Below, piece by piece: positions 9,412 through 18,770 of a stretch of DNA of 64,000 bases. The notes below the pieces were generated by a model. The model did not search any database and was not told where the DNA came from. It worked only from the letters and a program-made list of their open reading frames with translations. The position numbers were made by a program, and so were the translations under genes. This DNA comes from Candidatus Omnitrophota bacterium (GTDB taxonomy: Bacteria > Omnitrophota > Gorgyraeia > Zapsychrales > Zapsychraceae): the NCBI GenBank assembly GCA_050250375.1, contig JBFWOS010000001.1, positions 27,346 through 91,345 of the forward strand, written 5' to 3'. The stretch's first letter is position 1, and every line of letters begins with the position of its first letter.

Positions 9412-9744
9412 TCAATTAAACTCGGTATATTTTTTGGCATTGCCTCTGGATTTTTCAACCGGATATTTTTCGTTGTTGATTTTTATTTTCGCGTCAAACG
9501 CGCTGGGAAGGTCAATCCCGGTCTCATGGGCCAGCAGTAAAATATAGGCGTAGACATCGGCGAGTTCATGCGCCAGCTTGTCTTTTTTGTTTTCAGGCAA
9601 TTGGTTGTCATCCGTCCACTGGAATAATTCCAGGATCTCGGCGGCCTCAAGCGAAAGAGAGATCGCGAGATTCTTCGGTGTGTGATACTGTTTCCAGTCC
9701 CGTTCTTTCTGGAACAACAAGATTTTTTCCAAATGTTCTTTCAC
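9412..9744 (-). CDS. MazG-like nucleotide pyrophosphohydrolase
   Basis: ERDWKQYHTPKNLAISLSLEAAEILELFQW...ELADV...KYP; GTG start after GGAGG. Confidence 0.92.
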   Translation of the reverse strand: MKEHLEKILLFQKERDWKQYHTPKNLAISLSLEAAEILELFQWTDDNQLPENKKDKLAHELADVYAYILLLAHETGIDLPSAFDAKIKINNEKYPVEKSRGNAKKYTEFN

Positions 9745-9791
9745 GGTAATCCTCCGTTGTTGAGTGATCGGTTCTGATCCCTGATCACCGA

Positions 9792-10544
9792 TCACTGATC
9801 ACTGATAAATCTTCTCCCCCCGTACTCCCCCTTAAGCATATGCCGTTTACGGCCGAACCCGGGGGCCTTGGTCATCATAAATCCCTGTTGTCTTAATCCG
9901 CGGCGCACATCTCCGGCCGAGGTGAAGGTCGCGACCGTTGTCCCCGGACGGCTCAGGGCGCCGATCCCCACAAAGACATCGTCCGACCACATCTCTTTAT
10001 TTTTGGCCGGCGCGAATCCGTCCAGAAACCAGGCATCCATCGTGTAGTGCTCACGGCTCATGCGCTCCAGGCCTTTATTGACATGGGCAAAAATTAAATT
10101 CAGTTTCACCCGCCCGCCGGAAAACTCGACCGGCTTTCCCTCGGCGCCGATGGCCGGATACTGTTCGATCAGCGCGGCTGCGTACGTGTCCAGCTCCGGC
10201 CAGAGTTTTAACGCGCGCTCAAGGTCCGGTTTATTTAAAGGAAACTGGTCAATGGAAACGTAATGCAGACGCGCGTGGGCCGGGGCGTACTGCTCGAACA
10301 ATTGCCAGGCGCATAAAAAGTTGAGTCCGGTGCCGAACCCTGTCTCTCCGATGACAAACGGTTCGGCCGTTGATAAACAGTCAAAACGTTCCTTTAAATG
10401 ATTGCCCCCGCAGAAAACATGCAGGCCTTCATCATACCCGCTTTGCTGGCAGAAATATTTGTCATCGAACCGGACTGAATGCGGCAGGCCGTTTTCATCC
10501 CAGTGCAGGTCCGTATAAGAAACTTCGTTTTGGTCAGGGTTCAT
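9792..10544 (-). CDS. mnmD: tRNA mnm5s2U34 methyltransferase MnmD (stand-alone MnmC methyltransferase domain)
   Basis: GETGFGTGLNFL, DAWFLDGFAPAKN, ATFTSAGDVRRGL, GFGRKRHML. Confidence 0.9.
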   Translation of the reverse strand: MNPDQNEVSYTDLHWDENGLPHSVRFDDKYFCQQSGYDEGLHVFCGGNHLKERFDCLSTAEPFVIGETGFGTGLNFLCAWQLFEQYAPAHARLHYVSIDQFPLNKPDLERALKLWPELDTYAAALIEQYPAIGAEGKPVEFSGGRVKLNLIFAHVNKGLERMSREHYTMDAWFLDGFAPAKNKEMWSDDVFVGIGALSRPGTTVATFTSAGDVRRGLRQQGFMMTKAPGFGRKRHMLKGEYGGRRFISDQ

Positions 10545-10655
10545 AGAATTATCGTTTATTGTCTCGGAAAACTTGGAACCATAATAGCAGAAACGGACGG
10601 GGAATGGCTAGGAGAACTTTGACAGGGATCAGGGATCGGAGGGATGCTTTTATCC

Positions 10656-11030
10656 TTACAGGAATTTATCTGCGGAGGTGTTGAAAGTGACCGCCAGTTT
10701 CTTGGCCAGTTCTTTACTGATCCCGCGTCGGTCATGTTCGATATCCGAGATCTTCTGAATGGTCAATCCGCCCAAACGCTGGCCCAGCTCTTCCTGGGTC
10801 AAGTGATCACGCTCGCGGTAAACCTTAACGTTCTTTCCTAACGTCATCCGGGATTTTTGCTTTTTATACCAATCGGTCTGTGTAATATCCATCCATTCGT
10901 CCCCGTCTTCAATAATCTCGAACCGGCTCCCGAATTTCTCTTTCAAAAACCGGACAACAACCGATGGAATTGATCCTCGAATCTCAAAAATTTTTTCTTT
11001 AGTACGGGGCTTTTTCACGACTGCCAACAT
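10656..11030 (-). CDS. XRE-family HTH antitoxin (HigA-like)
   Basis: C-terminal LTQEELGQRLG...ISDIEHDRRGISKELAKKLA; lies downstream of a RelE-like gene. Confidence 0.85.
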   Translation of the reverse strand: MLAVVKKPRTKEKIFEIRGSIPSVVVRFLKEKFGSRFEIIEDGDEWMDITQTDWYKKQKSRMTLGKNVKVYRERDHLTQEELGQRLGGLTIQKISDIEHDRRGISKELAKKLAVTFNTSADKFL

Positions 11031-11262
11031 AATACACCTCAATTAAGACTGCACCCTTATCGTACCGCCAGCAAGCAACATACCGGTAGGTCAGGGGGCA
11101 ATGATATTCCCGGTCCGATAATTTACCGTAATTCGGCCAGGACGGTTGAACCGGGCCTGATTTTCTCAAGTCATCCACCAATTCAAAAAATGTGTGCTGG
11201 ATATGGCCCGGCAGATGATTTAATTGTCTCTCGAGTTTTCGTTTGATCTTAACTTCGTACAT
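10999..11262 (-). CDS. RelE/HigB-like toxin
   Basis: YEVKIK...GPVQPSWPNYGKL...YHC...YVACW...EVYYVGSREKAPY; toxin-first gene order. Confidence 0.8.
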   Translation of the reverse strand: MYEVKIKRKLERQLNHLPGHIQHTFFELVDDLRKSGPVQPSWPNYGKLSDREYHCPLTYRYVACWRYDKGAVLIEVYYVGSREKAPY

Positions 11263-11266
11263 CATA

Positions 11267-11295
11267 AATATACCCTGTTTCGGGGTATAAGTCAA
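11267..11295 (-). promoter_or_regulatory. sigma70-type promoter with overlapping palindromic operator
   Basis: TTGACT-17-TATATT; inverted repeat TATACCC...GGGTATA spans the spacer and the -10 box. Confidence 0.7.
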
Positions 11296-11304
11296 GGCGG
11301 GATT

Positions 11305-11349
11305 AAAAAAGAAACCCGCCCGATTATTCTAATCGAGCGGGTCTAAAAA
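11305..11349. terminator. Intrinsic terminator-like hairpin
   Basis: ACCCGCCCGATTA/TAATCGAGCGGGT stem with an A-tract (U-tract on the minus strand), downstream of the GPx gene. Confidence 0.6.
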
Positions 11350-11439
11350 GGGATACTTGTATTCTACGGAATAAGACTATTTTGTCAATCGATTCGTATG
11401 TGACACGTTAGAAACAGGCACGCCGGTTCCTACGTTCGA

Positions 11440-11994
11440 TCACTGATTACTGGGCAATATGCTTTCCAGTTTTTCTGTCACCGCCGCATCGAGCGGGTCA
11501 ACGGGTGAATCAAAACGGGCCACCACCTCACCCTCCGGACTGATGAGGAATTTGTTAAAGTTCCAGCTGATCTCCCCGGCAAACGCGGTCGATTCGGTTA
11601 AATACCGGTACAGCGGGTTAATGTCCGCGCCCTTGACGCTGGTCTTGGCAAACAGCGGAAAATCCGTCTTGTATTGGAGCAGGCAAAAATCCCTGATCTC
11701 TTCATTTGTGCCCGGTTCCTGAGCCTTAAAATTGTTCGCCGGAAACGCCAGCACCTCGAACCCGCGGTCTTTGTAGGTCTGGTAGAGCGTCTGGAGCCCC
11801 GCGTATTGTTTGGTGTACCCGCATTTCGAGGCGGTGTTGACGATCAATAACGCCTTGCCCTGGTAATCCGCCAGGTTCACCGATTCGCCGTCGATCCCGG
11901 TCATCGTGAACGAATGCACGTTGGTGTTTTGGGCTTGCACGCCCTTAGTGCTCAGGCACATCCCGAAAAATAAAAACATCATCAATAATTTCAC
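11440..11994 (-). CDS. Glutathione peroxidase (Cys type), exported
   Basis: LIVNTASKCG, LAFPANNF..QEPG and ISWNFNKFLI; N-terminal signal peptide. Confidence 0.94.
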   Translation of the reverse strand: MKLLMMFLFFGMCLSTKGVQAQNTNVHSFTMTGIDGESVNLADYQGKALLIVNTASKCGYTKQYAGLQTLYQTYKDRGFEVLAFPANNFKAQEPGTNEEIRDFCLLQYKTDFPLFAKTSVKGADINPLYRYLTESTAFAGEISWNFNKFLISPEGEVVARFDSPVDPLDAAVTEKLESILPSNQ

Positions 11995-12019
11995 GTTGTT
12001 TTCCCTCCGTTTAAAAACC

Positions 12020-12048
12020 GTAGGGAACGGTTTTAAACCGTTCCCTAC
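12020..12048. repeat. REP-like palindrome
   Basis: GTAGGGAACGGTTTTAAACCGTTCCCTAC, a perfect palindrome. Confidence 0.85.
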
Positions 12049-12051
12049 ATT

Positions 12052-12744
12052 TTATAGATGCGGCGAAAAATGGTATTGTTCGATCTTCTTGCGGTTCGCC
12101 ATCAAAAATTTCTCAAACTCCGGGGTGATCTGATAAACGCCGCGCGACGCCCGGTCAAACCAGAAATTATGATTGTTCTGCAAAATACGCGCGGCGTGTT
12201 CGATCTGGAGCTGGTCGTTCAGCTTTTTGGTGGTTGACGGGCCGTTCTCGTAAAGAAACAAGGCCAAGCGGATCGCCTTTTCTTTATACGCCGTGAACAA
12301 CGCCTCGCTGCGGCTTCCGGCCTGATTAAGATCAAGGCTGCGTCCGTCGAATTCTTTCAAGGCGCTTTTCTTTTTGGCGTAATTTTTATAACCCGCGTAC
12401 GGCCTGGGTTCAAATTCAATCTGTACGGTTTTTTTCCGGTCACGGATATCCAGCGTCATCAGTCCGCATTCCAGGCGCTTCAAAAGCCCGCACATCCTCT
12501 TGTATTCCTTCGGCCAGCGCCCGCCCTTGCCCAGCGGAATGTACGCGTAGACCTTGTCGGCGATCTTGCGGCGTTCGATCAGCTGGTAAACGAGTTTGAG
12601 GTTAAATCCGGTCTTCATCTCGACCGCGATCATCTCCCCGTCTTTTTTCGCCAGGATGTCAATGCCCTCCACTTCGGAATGGACGGTGTAACCTTCCCTT
12701 TCCAGAAACTTTTTCACCGGAGGATACATGTCGGTCTCACGCAT
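12052..12744 (-). CDS. DUF2161-family PD-(D/E)XK protein
   Basis: MRETDMYPPVKKFLE..GY.V..EV...DI...VEMKT.FNLKL..Q...R; TAYKEKA; ILQNN..WFDR..RGVY. Confidence 0.85.
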   Translation of the reverse strand: MRETDMYPPVKKFLEREGYTVHSEVEGIDILAKKDGEMIAVEMKTGFNLKLVYQLIERRKIADKVYAYIPLGKGGRWPKEYKRMCGLLKRLECGLMTLDIRDRKKTVQIEFEPRPYAGYKNYAKKKSALKEFDGRSLDLNQAGSRSEALFTAYKEKAIRLALFLYENGPSTTKKLNDQLQIEHAARILQNNHNFWFDRASRGVYQITPEFEKFLMANRKKIEQYHFSPHL

Positions 12745-13612
12745 GGCGGATAATCCTCTTTAGAACCAGATCTTTCCAGACCGGTAAACGCAGCAGCGTC
12801 TCTTCCGGCATAAACAAAATATAATAGGCCAGTAACTGCAGGCTGAAATAAATGAGCTGATGCATGGTCGCCGCGATCAACAGATGAAATCCAAGCCCCA
12901 CAGCCATCGCCCACCAGACCGTGCGTCTGTCCAGAAAGAAAAACGCGCCGAAGGTCTCAAACGCCAGCGCCAGGTACATCTGCACCGTCCAGGTCCATTT
13001 GGGCAGGACCCGCAGCATCCACGCCGCGATGTCCGTGCGGTACGTCCCCTGTACGTGCGTCCACAACACATCCCTGTAATTCAGCCAGTCCCCGTACATC
13101 ACCTTGCATGTCCCGGCCGTAAAATACTGGATGAACATCGTCAATTGTAAAGTGCGCAGCGGCCAGGCGGATTGACGCATAACGGTTTCGCCGGAATCAA
13201 GCGTGAACGGCCGCGCCGCGGGAGCCAGCGCCAGCACCGCGAATCCCGCGATATAAAGTTTGTTGATCGTAAACGCCGAGATGATATCCACCTGCTGGAC
13301 GTAAACCGCGCAAAAAAACAGGACCGCCATAAAGATGTTGCGGAATCGTCCCGTGAACACCCCCGCGATGCTGCCGAACAGCACCACCGCAAAGACCGGT
13401 ACCTGCCACGCCGATAAAAGCGGAAACGGTGTGATGTGGTACCAGTTGTTGGTGGCCTCCGTCAGATGAAACCCTTCCGCGGTCAGCCATTCCCCGGCGT
13501 AACGAAACCGTTCGAGCATATAAAGGAGAAACGTGAACACAAACGCCTTCTCGAACATCCGTAAACGGACCGGGTGCACCGGCGCAAACCAGAATCCGAG
13601 TAAAGTATCCAT
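12737..13612 (-). CDS. HTTM-domain membrane protein
   Basis: Multiple transmembrane helices; WPLRTLQL...YFTAG..K...DW; GLGFHLLI. Confidence 0.75.
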   Translation of the reverse strand: MDTLLGFWFAPVHPVRLRMFEKAFVFTFLLYMLERFRYAGEWLTAEGFHLTEATNNWYHITPFPLLSAWQVPVFAVVLFGSIAGVFTGRFRNIFMAVLFFCAVYVQQVDIISAFTINKLYIAGFAVLALAPAARPFTLDSGETVMRQSAWPLRTLQLTMFIQYFTAGTCKVMYGDWLNYRDVLWTHVQGTYRTDIAAWMLRVLPKWTWTVQMYLALAFETFGAFFFLDRRTVWWAMAVGLGFHLLIAATMHQLIYFSLQLLAYYILFMPEETLLRLPVWKDLVLKRIIRHA

Positions 13613-13614
13613 GA

Positions 13615-14223
13615 TTAAAGAACCTCGCGACGATGGGGTTCCTGAAAAAGGTGGGTAGAAATAATTTCCTGCTGATCCTCCGGAACGGTCTCCAGAGGCG
13701 GAACGGTCCAGTGGCCGGACGGTTTGGCCAGTTCCGGGGTTCCGACCTTATAAGTCACGCGCACAAAACGTACCTCTTCAACCGGAGATTCCAACGGGTG
13801 AAGCTGTTCATAACGTTGTTTGATAAACCCGGCCATGGCCTGGCGCAGCGGTAAGGCGTTCTCATTTTCGCGGGCGAGATCCAGCATGCGTTTCAGGCGG
13901 GTGCGGTAACCGAAGGGCTTGAGCCGTCCGTAATCCTCTTCGGGGACACTGCTCCAGCTTTCCTGGCCCTGCAAACGCACAAGGTAATAATAATTGCCCC
14001 AGGCTTTGACACGGTCGGGGAACAGACACGCGATGCGGTACATATTGTTCAGGTAGTTGGCCGCGTTTCTCGATGCGGCCTTGGAAAAACCCGCGCGGGT
14101 GAAGGCCTCCAGCGGAATCTGCCGTCCGCTCAAACCGACGTACGCGATCGGTAAAAGCCACAGACAGAAAAATGCATAGGCAAAAATATAATCCGCCGGT
14201 CCCGCGAGTTTTTGTTTATTCAT
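13615..14223 (-). CDS. Hypothetical membrane-anchored protein (HTTM partner)
   Basis: One N-terminal TM helix; start at MNKQKL overlapping the ppnP stop; 2 bp from the HTTM gene. Confidence 0.7.
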   Translation of the reverse strand: MNKQKLAGPADYIFAYAFFCLWLLPIAYVGLSGRQIPLEAFTRAGFSKAASRNAANYLNNMYRIACLFPDRVKAWGNYYYLVRLQGQESWSSVPEEDYGRLKPFGYRTRLKRMLDLARENENALPLRQAMAGFIKQRYEQLHPLESPVEEVRFVRVTYKVGTPELAKPSGHWTVPPLETVPEDQQEIISTHLFQEPHRREVL

Positions 14224-14497
14224 ATTCACACAAGTAAGCCGTGTCCTGGTCAACCTTGACCTTGAACTTGGACTGGGCCGGGATATCAAACGACGACCCG
14301 ATGCCGAAATCTTCCCACTCATTGTATTCCGGGAAAAATACAGACAGGGCCCCGGTCACGACCGTCATCGTCTCTTTAGTGTTGGTGTCGAACTCATATT
14401 CACCGGGTTTCATGACGCCCACGGTTTTTTTCCCCGCATCAGAATTAACGACAAATGATTTCACCTTTCCTTCAAAATACTCATTCACTTCTACCAC
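14216..14497 (-). CDS. ppnP: Pyrimidine/purine nucleoside phosphorylase (DUF1255)
   Basis: VNEYFEGKVKS...TVGVMKPGEYEF.T...ETM.V..G...AYLCEY. Confidence 0.92.
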   Translation of the reverse strand: MVEVNEYFEGKVKSFVVNSDAGKKTVGVMKPGEYEFDTNTKETMTVVTGALSVFFPEYNEWEDFGIGSSFDIPAQSKFKVKVDQDTAYLCEYE

Positions 14498-14713
14498 GTT
14501 ACTGCTCCTTTTTTTGTAGATCGTTCCAAATATGATGTTGGTTCACTGCGTTCGCTGGAAAACAGGACAACCTTCCGCCCGTTCCAAATGACTTATTCTA
14601 ATGCACAAGCGCCAAATTTCAAGTGACAAATGCGGGGCGCGGTTTAAACCGGATAGCGGACAAAAACCATTTTCCATAAATTAACGCCGCTGATCCACCG
14701 TCATGGTCCCCGG

Positions 14714-15557
14714 TCAGGTTTTCAACTTTCCCCCGCAGAAACGGCAGTACAGGGAATCGTCCTCATGTCCGGACAATTCGCAGCGCGGGCATTTTCTGGA
14801 CAGATTCATCGACCGCGCGGCCAGCGACAGCTCCACCGAAAAAATACCCGTGGGCACAACAATAATCGCGTAACCCATGATCATGATCAGCGAGGCCATG
14901 ACCTGCCCGAACACCGTCTGCGGCGCGATGTCCCCGTACCCGACGGTGGTGATCGTGACAATCGCCCAGTAAATGCTGCGCGGAATGCTCGTAAACCCGT
15001 TGGCCTCCCCTTCGACCAGGTACATCACCGTTCCCATAATCACGGTGATCGTCATGATCACCATCAGAAAGACCAGGATCTTGTCCTTGCTGGCCTTGCT
15101 CGCCTTGATGAGGACGTCCAGCTCCCCCAGATAGCGGCCGAGTTTTAAGACCCGAAAGACACGCAACAGCCGCAGCGCGCGGATCACCAACAGCGACTGC
15201 GCGCTGGTAAAGAATAATCCGAGATAGGTGGGGATCACCGCTAAAAAGTCAACGATGCCGAAAAAACTCAAGGCGTACCGGCGAGGTCTTTTCACACACA
15301 CCAGCCGCAGGACATACTCAACCGTAAACACAAACGTGAACGACCACTCCACGGCGTGCAGCAGCGGCCCGTGCCGCAGCCGGATCCCCTTCACCGATTC
15401 CAGGAGGACCACAAAGACACTGATAAAAATCGCCCACAACAGGGCCACGTCAAAGGCCTTGCCCGCGGGAGTCTCGGCCCCGAAAATAATCTCGAACAGT
15501 TCCGCCCGCCACGGAGCGGCATGCGGTTCAATGGGTCTGCTTTTAGTGTTTTTCATG
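14714..15557 (-). CDS. Voltage-gated potassium channel (ion transporter)
   Basis: S4 segment RALRLLRVFRVLKL, selectivity filter TTVGYGD, C-terminal CxxC...CxxC. Start approximate. Confidence 0.92.
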
Positions 15558-15608
15558 GATTTACTTTTATACCATGACCCGGGGCAGGCGTCAATCACAC
15601 GGGGAAAT

Positions 15609-15644
15609 AAAAAAGGCGCCTCGAATTTCTCGAGACGCCTTTTT
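15609..15644 (-). terminator. Intrinsic terminator after PEP-CTERM gene 1
   Basis: AAAAAAGGCGCCTCGA...TCGAGACGCCTTTTT; homologous to 16692-16724. Confidence 0.75.
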
Positions 15645-15662
15645 AACCAAAGACTTTAAAAA

Positions 15663-16448
15663 CTACGCTTTTCGTCTGCGTAAACAGGCCCCCATTAAAC
15701 CGCCACTTAAAAGAAACAATGACATCGGTTCAGGAACAACAGATGCGGCCGAAGATTCCACTTCAATATTCAGTGCGGGCGCTATTCGTAAAGGATCTTC
15801 TTTTGAAGTAAAATATTCAATCGAAGTATTATTCTGTACACGCGTCATAATCAGTGTTAACAGATTATCGGTATCGCTGTTAAAAAAATTCAACAAAGCA
15901 GGCGTTGATAAGGAAACTCGAAAACCATCAACCGTGGGTGGAAAATTTAGATTAAAAGATCCGATAAAAAGAACATCCGTATTCAAAACTCCTCCTGAAC
16001 TTCCGGTGTCATTCCCGGGTGCATTGTTCCATGTGAGTGTTGTTTCCCCCCAATTTTCCCCCGCATGTCCGTCATTCAGGCCATAAATATTGTACGTACT
16101 CGGATTGCTGGGAAGATTAACGGGAGGATTCTGACCGGCCCCATCCGTGCCCGCATAAGAAATCTCAAAGGCAATACTGATAATCGGATCGACAATACCG
16201 CTCGTATCAAATCGTAAATACCCTTTCCGGTTATTTCCATTCAATTGAAGATCATTCTTAATCCAGACTAACGGTTCAAGCCCATGGTTCACATCAGAGG
16301 CTCCGTTATTTTGAAAATCGGACAAAACATATGAATCCGCTCCATTTCCATAATCCGTATACAATAACATTGCGCTCGCCTGATTTGGTGTTGCTGTCAA
16401 CATTCCCATGCATAAAATGACTCCGGCGATCCAATAAGATTTTCTCAT
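15663..16448 (-). CDS. PEP-CTERM protein with DNRLRE/CBM96-like domain
   Basis: Signal peptide; KGYLRFD, WGETTLTWNNAP, FTSKE; VPEP-TM-RRRK tail. Confidence 0.85.
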   Translation of the reverse strand: MRKSYWIAGVILCMGMLTATPNQASAMLLYTDYGNGADSYVLSDFQNNGASDVNHGLEPLVWIKNDLQLNGNNRKGYLRFDTSGIVDPIISIAFEISYAGTDGAGQNPPVNLPSNPSTYNIYGLNDGHAGENWGETTLTWNNAPGNDTGSSGGVLNTDVLFIGSFNLNFPPTVDGFRVSLSTPALLNFFNSDTDNLLTLIMTRVQNNTSIEYFTSKEDPLRIAPALNIEVESSAASVVPEPMSLFLLSGGLMGACLRRRKA

Positions 16449-16691
16449 AAAACTTTCCTTTCGAAATTATCCAGCGTTAGTTGATACTTTTGTTTTATAT
16501 AAACAGCAAGGACCTTCGTTCCGGGATAAATTGAAAATATAGATCTTGCGTGAATGAATAACTTTATCATTGATTCATTTTTTTGACAATATGACAATCT
16601 ATCCCACACTCGGACAACGAACCTAGCCTATCGTTCAATATTGATCACTGATCGCTGCGGACCGATCACTCATTCAAAATTTATTTTAAAT

Positions 16692-16724
16692 AAAAAAGGC
16701 GTCTCGATTATCGAGACGCCTTTT
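16692..16724 (-). terminator. Intrinsic terminator after PEP-CTERM gene 2
   Basis: AAAAAAGGCGTCTCGAT-T-ATCGAGACGCCTTTT. Confidence 0.75.
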
Positions 16725-16744
16725 GTCAACGCGGTATGTCAGAA

Positions 16745-17458
16745 CTACGCTTTTCGTCGCCGGAAATACGCTCCCATCAGGCCGCTGCCGAATAAAAGCA
16801 TCGAGGCCGGTTCAGGTGTGACCACCGTGCGGTCAGCCGTAATATTAATATTGTCGATTTTTACGAAATCATTGTCGTCGCCGTCCAGCCAGAACGCGAT
16901 CCAGATCTTGGCCTGGTTCTCCGGCAGGGCAATGGTGGTATTCTGGACTGAGTTCGTGCTCCCAAGATCGGTCCAGAACCAGTTGCTCATTTTAGCCGCG
17001 TCAGCGGTTGAGTCCCTTAAATCTTTGGTGAGGCTGTTAAACCCGGTAATATCGCCGATAAAATAACCCGCTTTAAAACTGTCGTTGGTTTCAAGGAGAG
17101 TCGTGAACCAGTCAAACTGCAGCTGAACATTCGAATAACCGCTGGTGCTGAGGCCTATCAAAAGACCGGCGTCATCCATGGCCCAGCCGTGGGCGTTTTG
17201 GGATAAATCCAATAAAGGCCACGAAGAACGGCCGACATCCGCCGCGATTGAGGACGCGGATGAACCCGAACCGTCAAAACGCGCCGCGTACCAATTGTTG
17301 TCCGCACCGGGTGTCACCGGAACGCCCGGACCGAAAGGCGGCAATGCCGTTGAATGGGGGGCATTGTTGAAATCTTCATGAAATATGGTTACGGCCTGGG
17401 AATCGGTTGTCCCGCACAGCAAAACAACAACAACGGTTAAAAATATAAAATTCTTCAT
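16745..17458 (-). CDS. PEP-CTERM protein
   Basis: Start at MKNFIFL after AAGGAG; signal peptide; TPEPASMLLFGSGL..RRRK tail. Confidence 0.88.
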   Translation of the reverse strand: MKNFIFLTVVVVLLCGTTDSQAVTIFHEDFNNAPHSTALPPFGPGVPVTPGADNNWYAARFDGSGSSASSIAADVGRSSWPLLDLSQNAHGWAMDDAGLLIGLSTSGYSNVQLQFDWFTTLLETNDSFKAGYFIGDITGFNSLTKDLRDSTADAAKMSNWFWTDLGSTNSVQNTTIALPENQAKIWIAFWLDGDDNDFVKIDNINITADRTVVTPEPASMLLFGSGLMGAYFRRRKA

Positions 17459-17484
17459 GCGGTTGCTCTCCTTATTAATGTAAT

Positions 17485-17512
17485 GTAGGGAACGGTCTCG
17501 ACCGTTCCGTAC
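17485..17512. repeat. REP-like palindrome
   Basis: GTAGGGAACGGTCTCGACCGTTCCGTAC. Confidence 0.8.
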
Positions 17513-17712
17513 TACATGAAAAATGGAGCAAAATCCATGCCCGAATGACAAATATTTACCAATAACAGACAAATAAACACAAAATCATCTTTCTTGTCCG
17601 GGACAAACCAGGACAAACAGGCGCAAAAACAGCCCGGCCTGCACCGTACCCTGTGGTGATTATTCAACAATGATGAAAAAATTAGGCATTGAAACAGGCG
17701 GGACCATCCGGG

Positions 17713-17735
17713 AGATAGGGCGCTGTCCCCTATCT
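17713..17735. repeat. Second REP-like family (GATAGGGCGCTGTCCCSTATC)
   Basis: Copies also at 26785-26811, 30429-30455 and 31921-31946. Confidence 0.75.
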
Positions 17736-17738
17736 AAA

Positions 17739-17771
17739 CAAAAAAAGGCCGCCCCGAATGGAGCGGCCTTT
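17739..17771 (-). terminator. Intrinsic terminator after PEP-CTERM gene 3
   Basis: A-tract plus AAAGGCCGCCCC-GAAT-GGAGCGGCCTTT. Confidence 0.7.
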
Positions 17772-17793
17772 GAATCAATCGATCAAAAAAACC

Positions 17794-18597
17794 TTATTTC
17801 TTGCGGCGTCTTAAGAATGCGCTGCCGACCAAACCGCTGCCGAAAAGCAGCATGGAAGCCGGTTCAGGAACAACACCATTCCCGCCATCCGGAGGAACGA
17901 TCACACCACCGGTCTGTTCAAACCCGGAGTACTGGACATTGGCCTGTGAAAAATTGTAAAACCCGAATTGTCCGGCTGTGTAAGAATTATCATTCACCGT
18001 TGTGCTCCAAAGGATATCAGAACCTTCCTTCACTTCAATACTGAACACGCCCGGGGCGAAATCCAGATGAAAATCATAGGTCGTGCCGTGCACCCAACCC
18101 TTATCGGTGGCCCAGTTGCTGGCCAAAATGGTTGAATGGCTGGTTCCGTCTTTGTCCCAGAAATCAGCCAAAACCAGATCAGTCACGTCCGGCGCGTCGA
18201 TCTTCTTGATGGAAAAACCTTCCAGCGCGTCCCCGTAAGGCGACAAGGTCTGGTTAACGGCCTTCCAGTCAAACACGTAGGTCTGATTGGCGCCTGTGTA
18301 CCCGAAAACGAATCCCATAAAATCATCATCACCGGCATTCGGCAAAACCAGCCATGAACCGTCGATGGAATAACTGGTCTGATTCAGATTGTTCAGGAAA
18401 AAGGACGGGTCCGCATTGATGGTCTGGGTAACGGTTGTGTTTCCGTTGCTCAGGACCCAGTTACCGGCTGATTGTCCACCGCCCAGATCCAGGGTCAAAT
18501 CCGACCAGGTGGTCAGGTCAACCGGATCCGCGAAGGATTGTGTACTGACGGCAACCGTCAGGGCCAAACTTAAAACGATGATTGAAAACAAACGCAT
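17794..18597 (-). CDS. PEP-CTERM protein with thrombospondin C-terminal (TSP_C)-like domain
   Basis: QTINADP, DDDFMGFVFGY, WKAVNQ, GQFGFYNFSQANV; VPEP-TM-RRRKK tail. Confidence 0.85.
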   Translation of the reverse strand: MRLFSIIVLSLALTVAVSTQSFADPVDLTTWSDLTLDLGGGQSAGNWVLSNGNTTVTQTINADPSFFLNNLNQTSYSIDGSWLVLPNAGDDDFMGFVFGYTGANQTYVFDWKAVNQTLSPYGDALEGFSIKKIDAPDVTDLVLADFWDKDGTSHSTILASNWATDKGWVHGTTYDFHLDFAPGVFSIEVKEGSDILWSTTVNDNSYTAGQFGFYNFSQANVQYSGFEQTGGVIVPPDGGNGVVPEPASMLLFGSGLVGSAFLRRRKK

Positions 18598-18770
18598 GAC
18601 TAATCTCCTTAATATTTATTAATAATTATTCAGGACAACACTTTAATCAAGAACAAAAAATTTGTCAATAGGACAACAACGGACACACCCGGCCAGCAGA
18701 TCTTTTATCTAAATAACAGCATAAGCCCAACGGTCAATCTTATCCCTTGTCCCTGATCCCTGATCCCTTT

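Noticed and set aside
11440-11994. Selenocysteine glutathione peroxidase
   Set aside because: The active-site codon is TGC (ASKCG) and there is no in-frame TGA.
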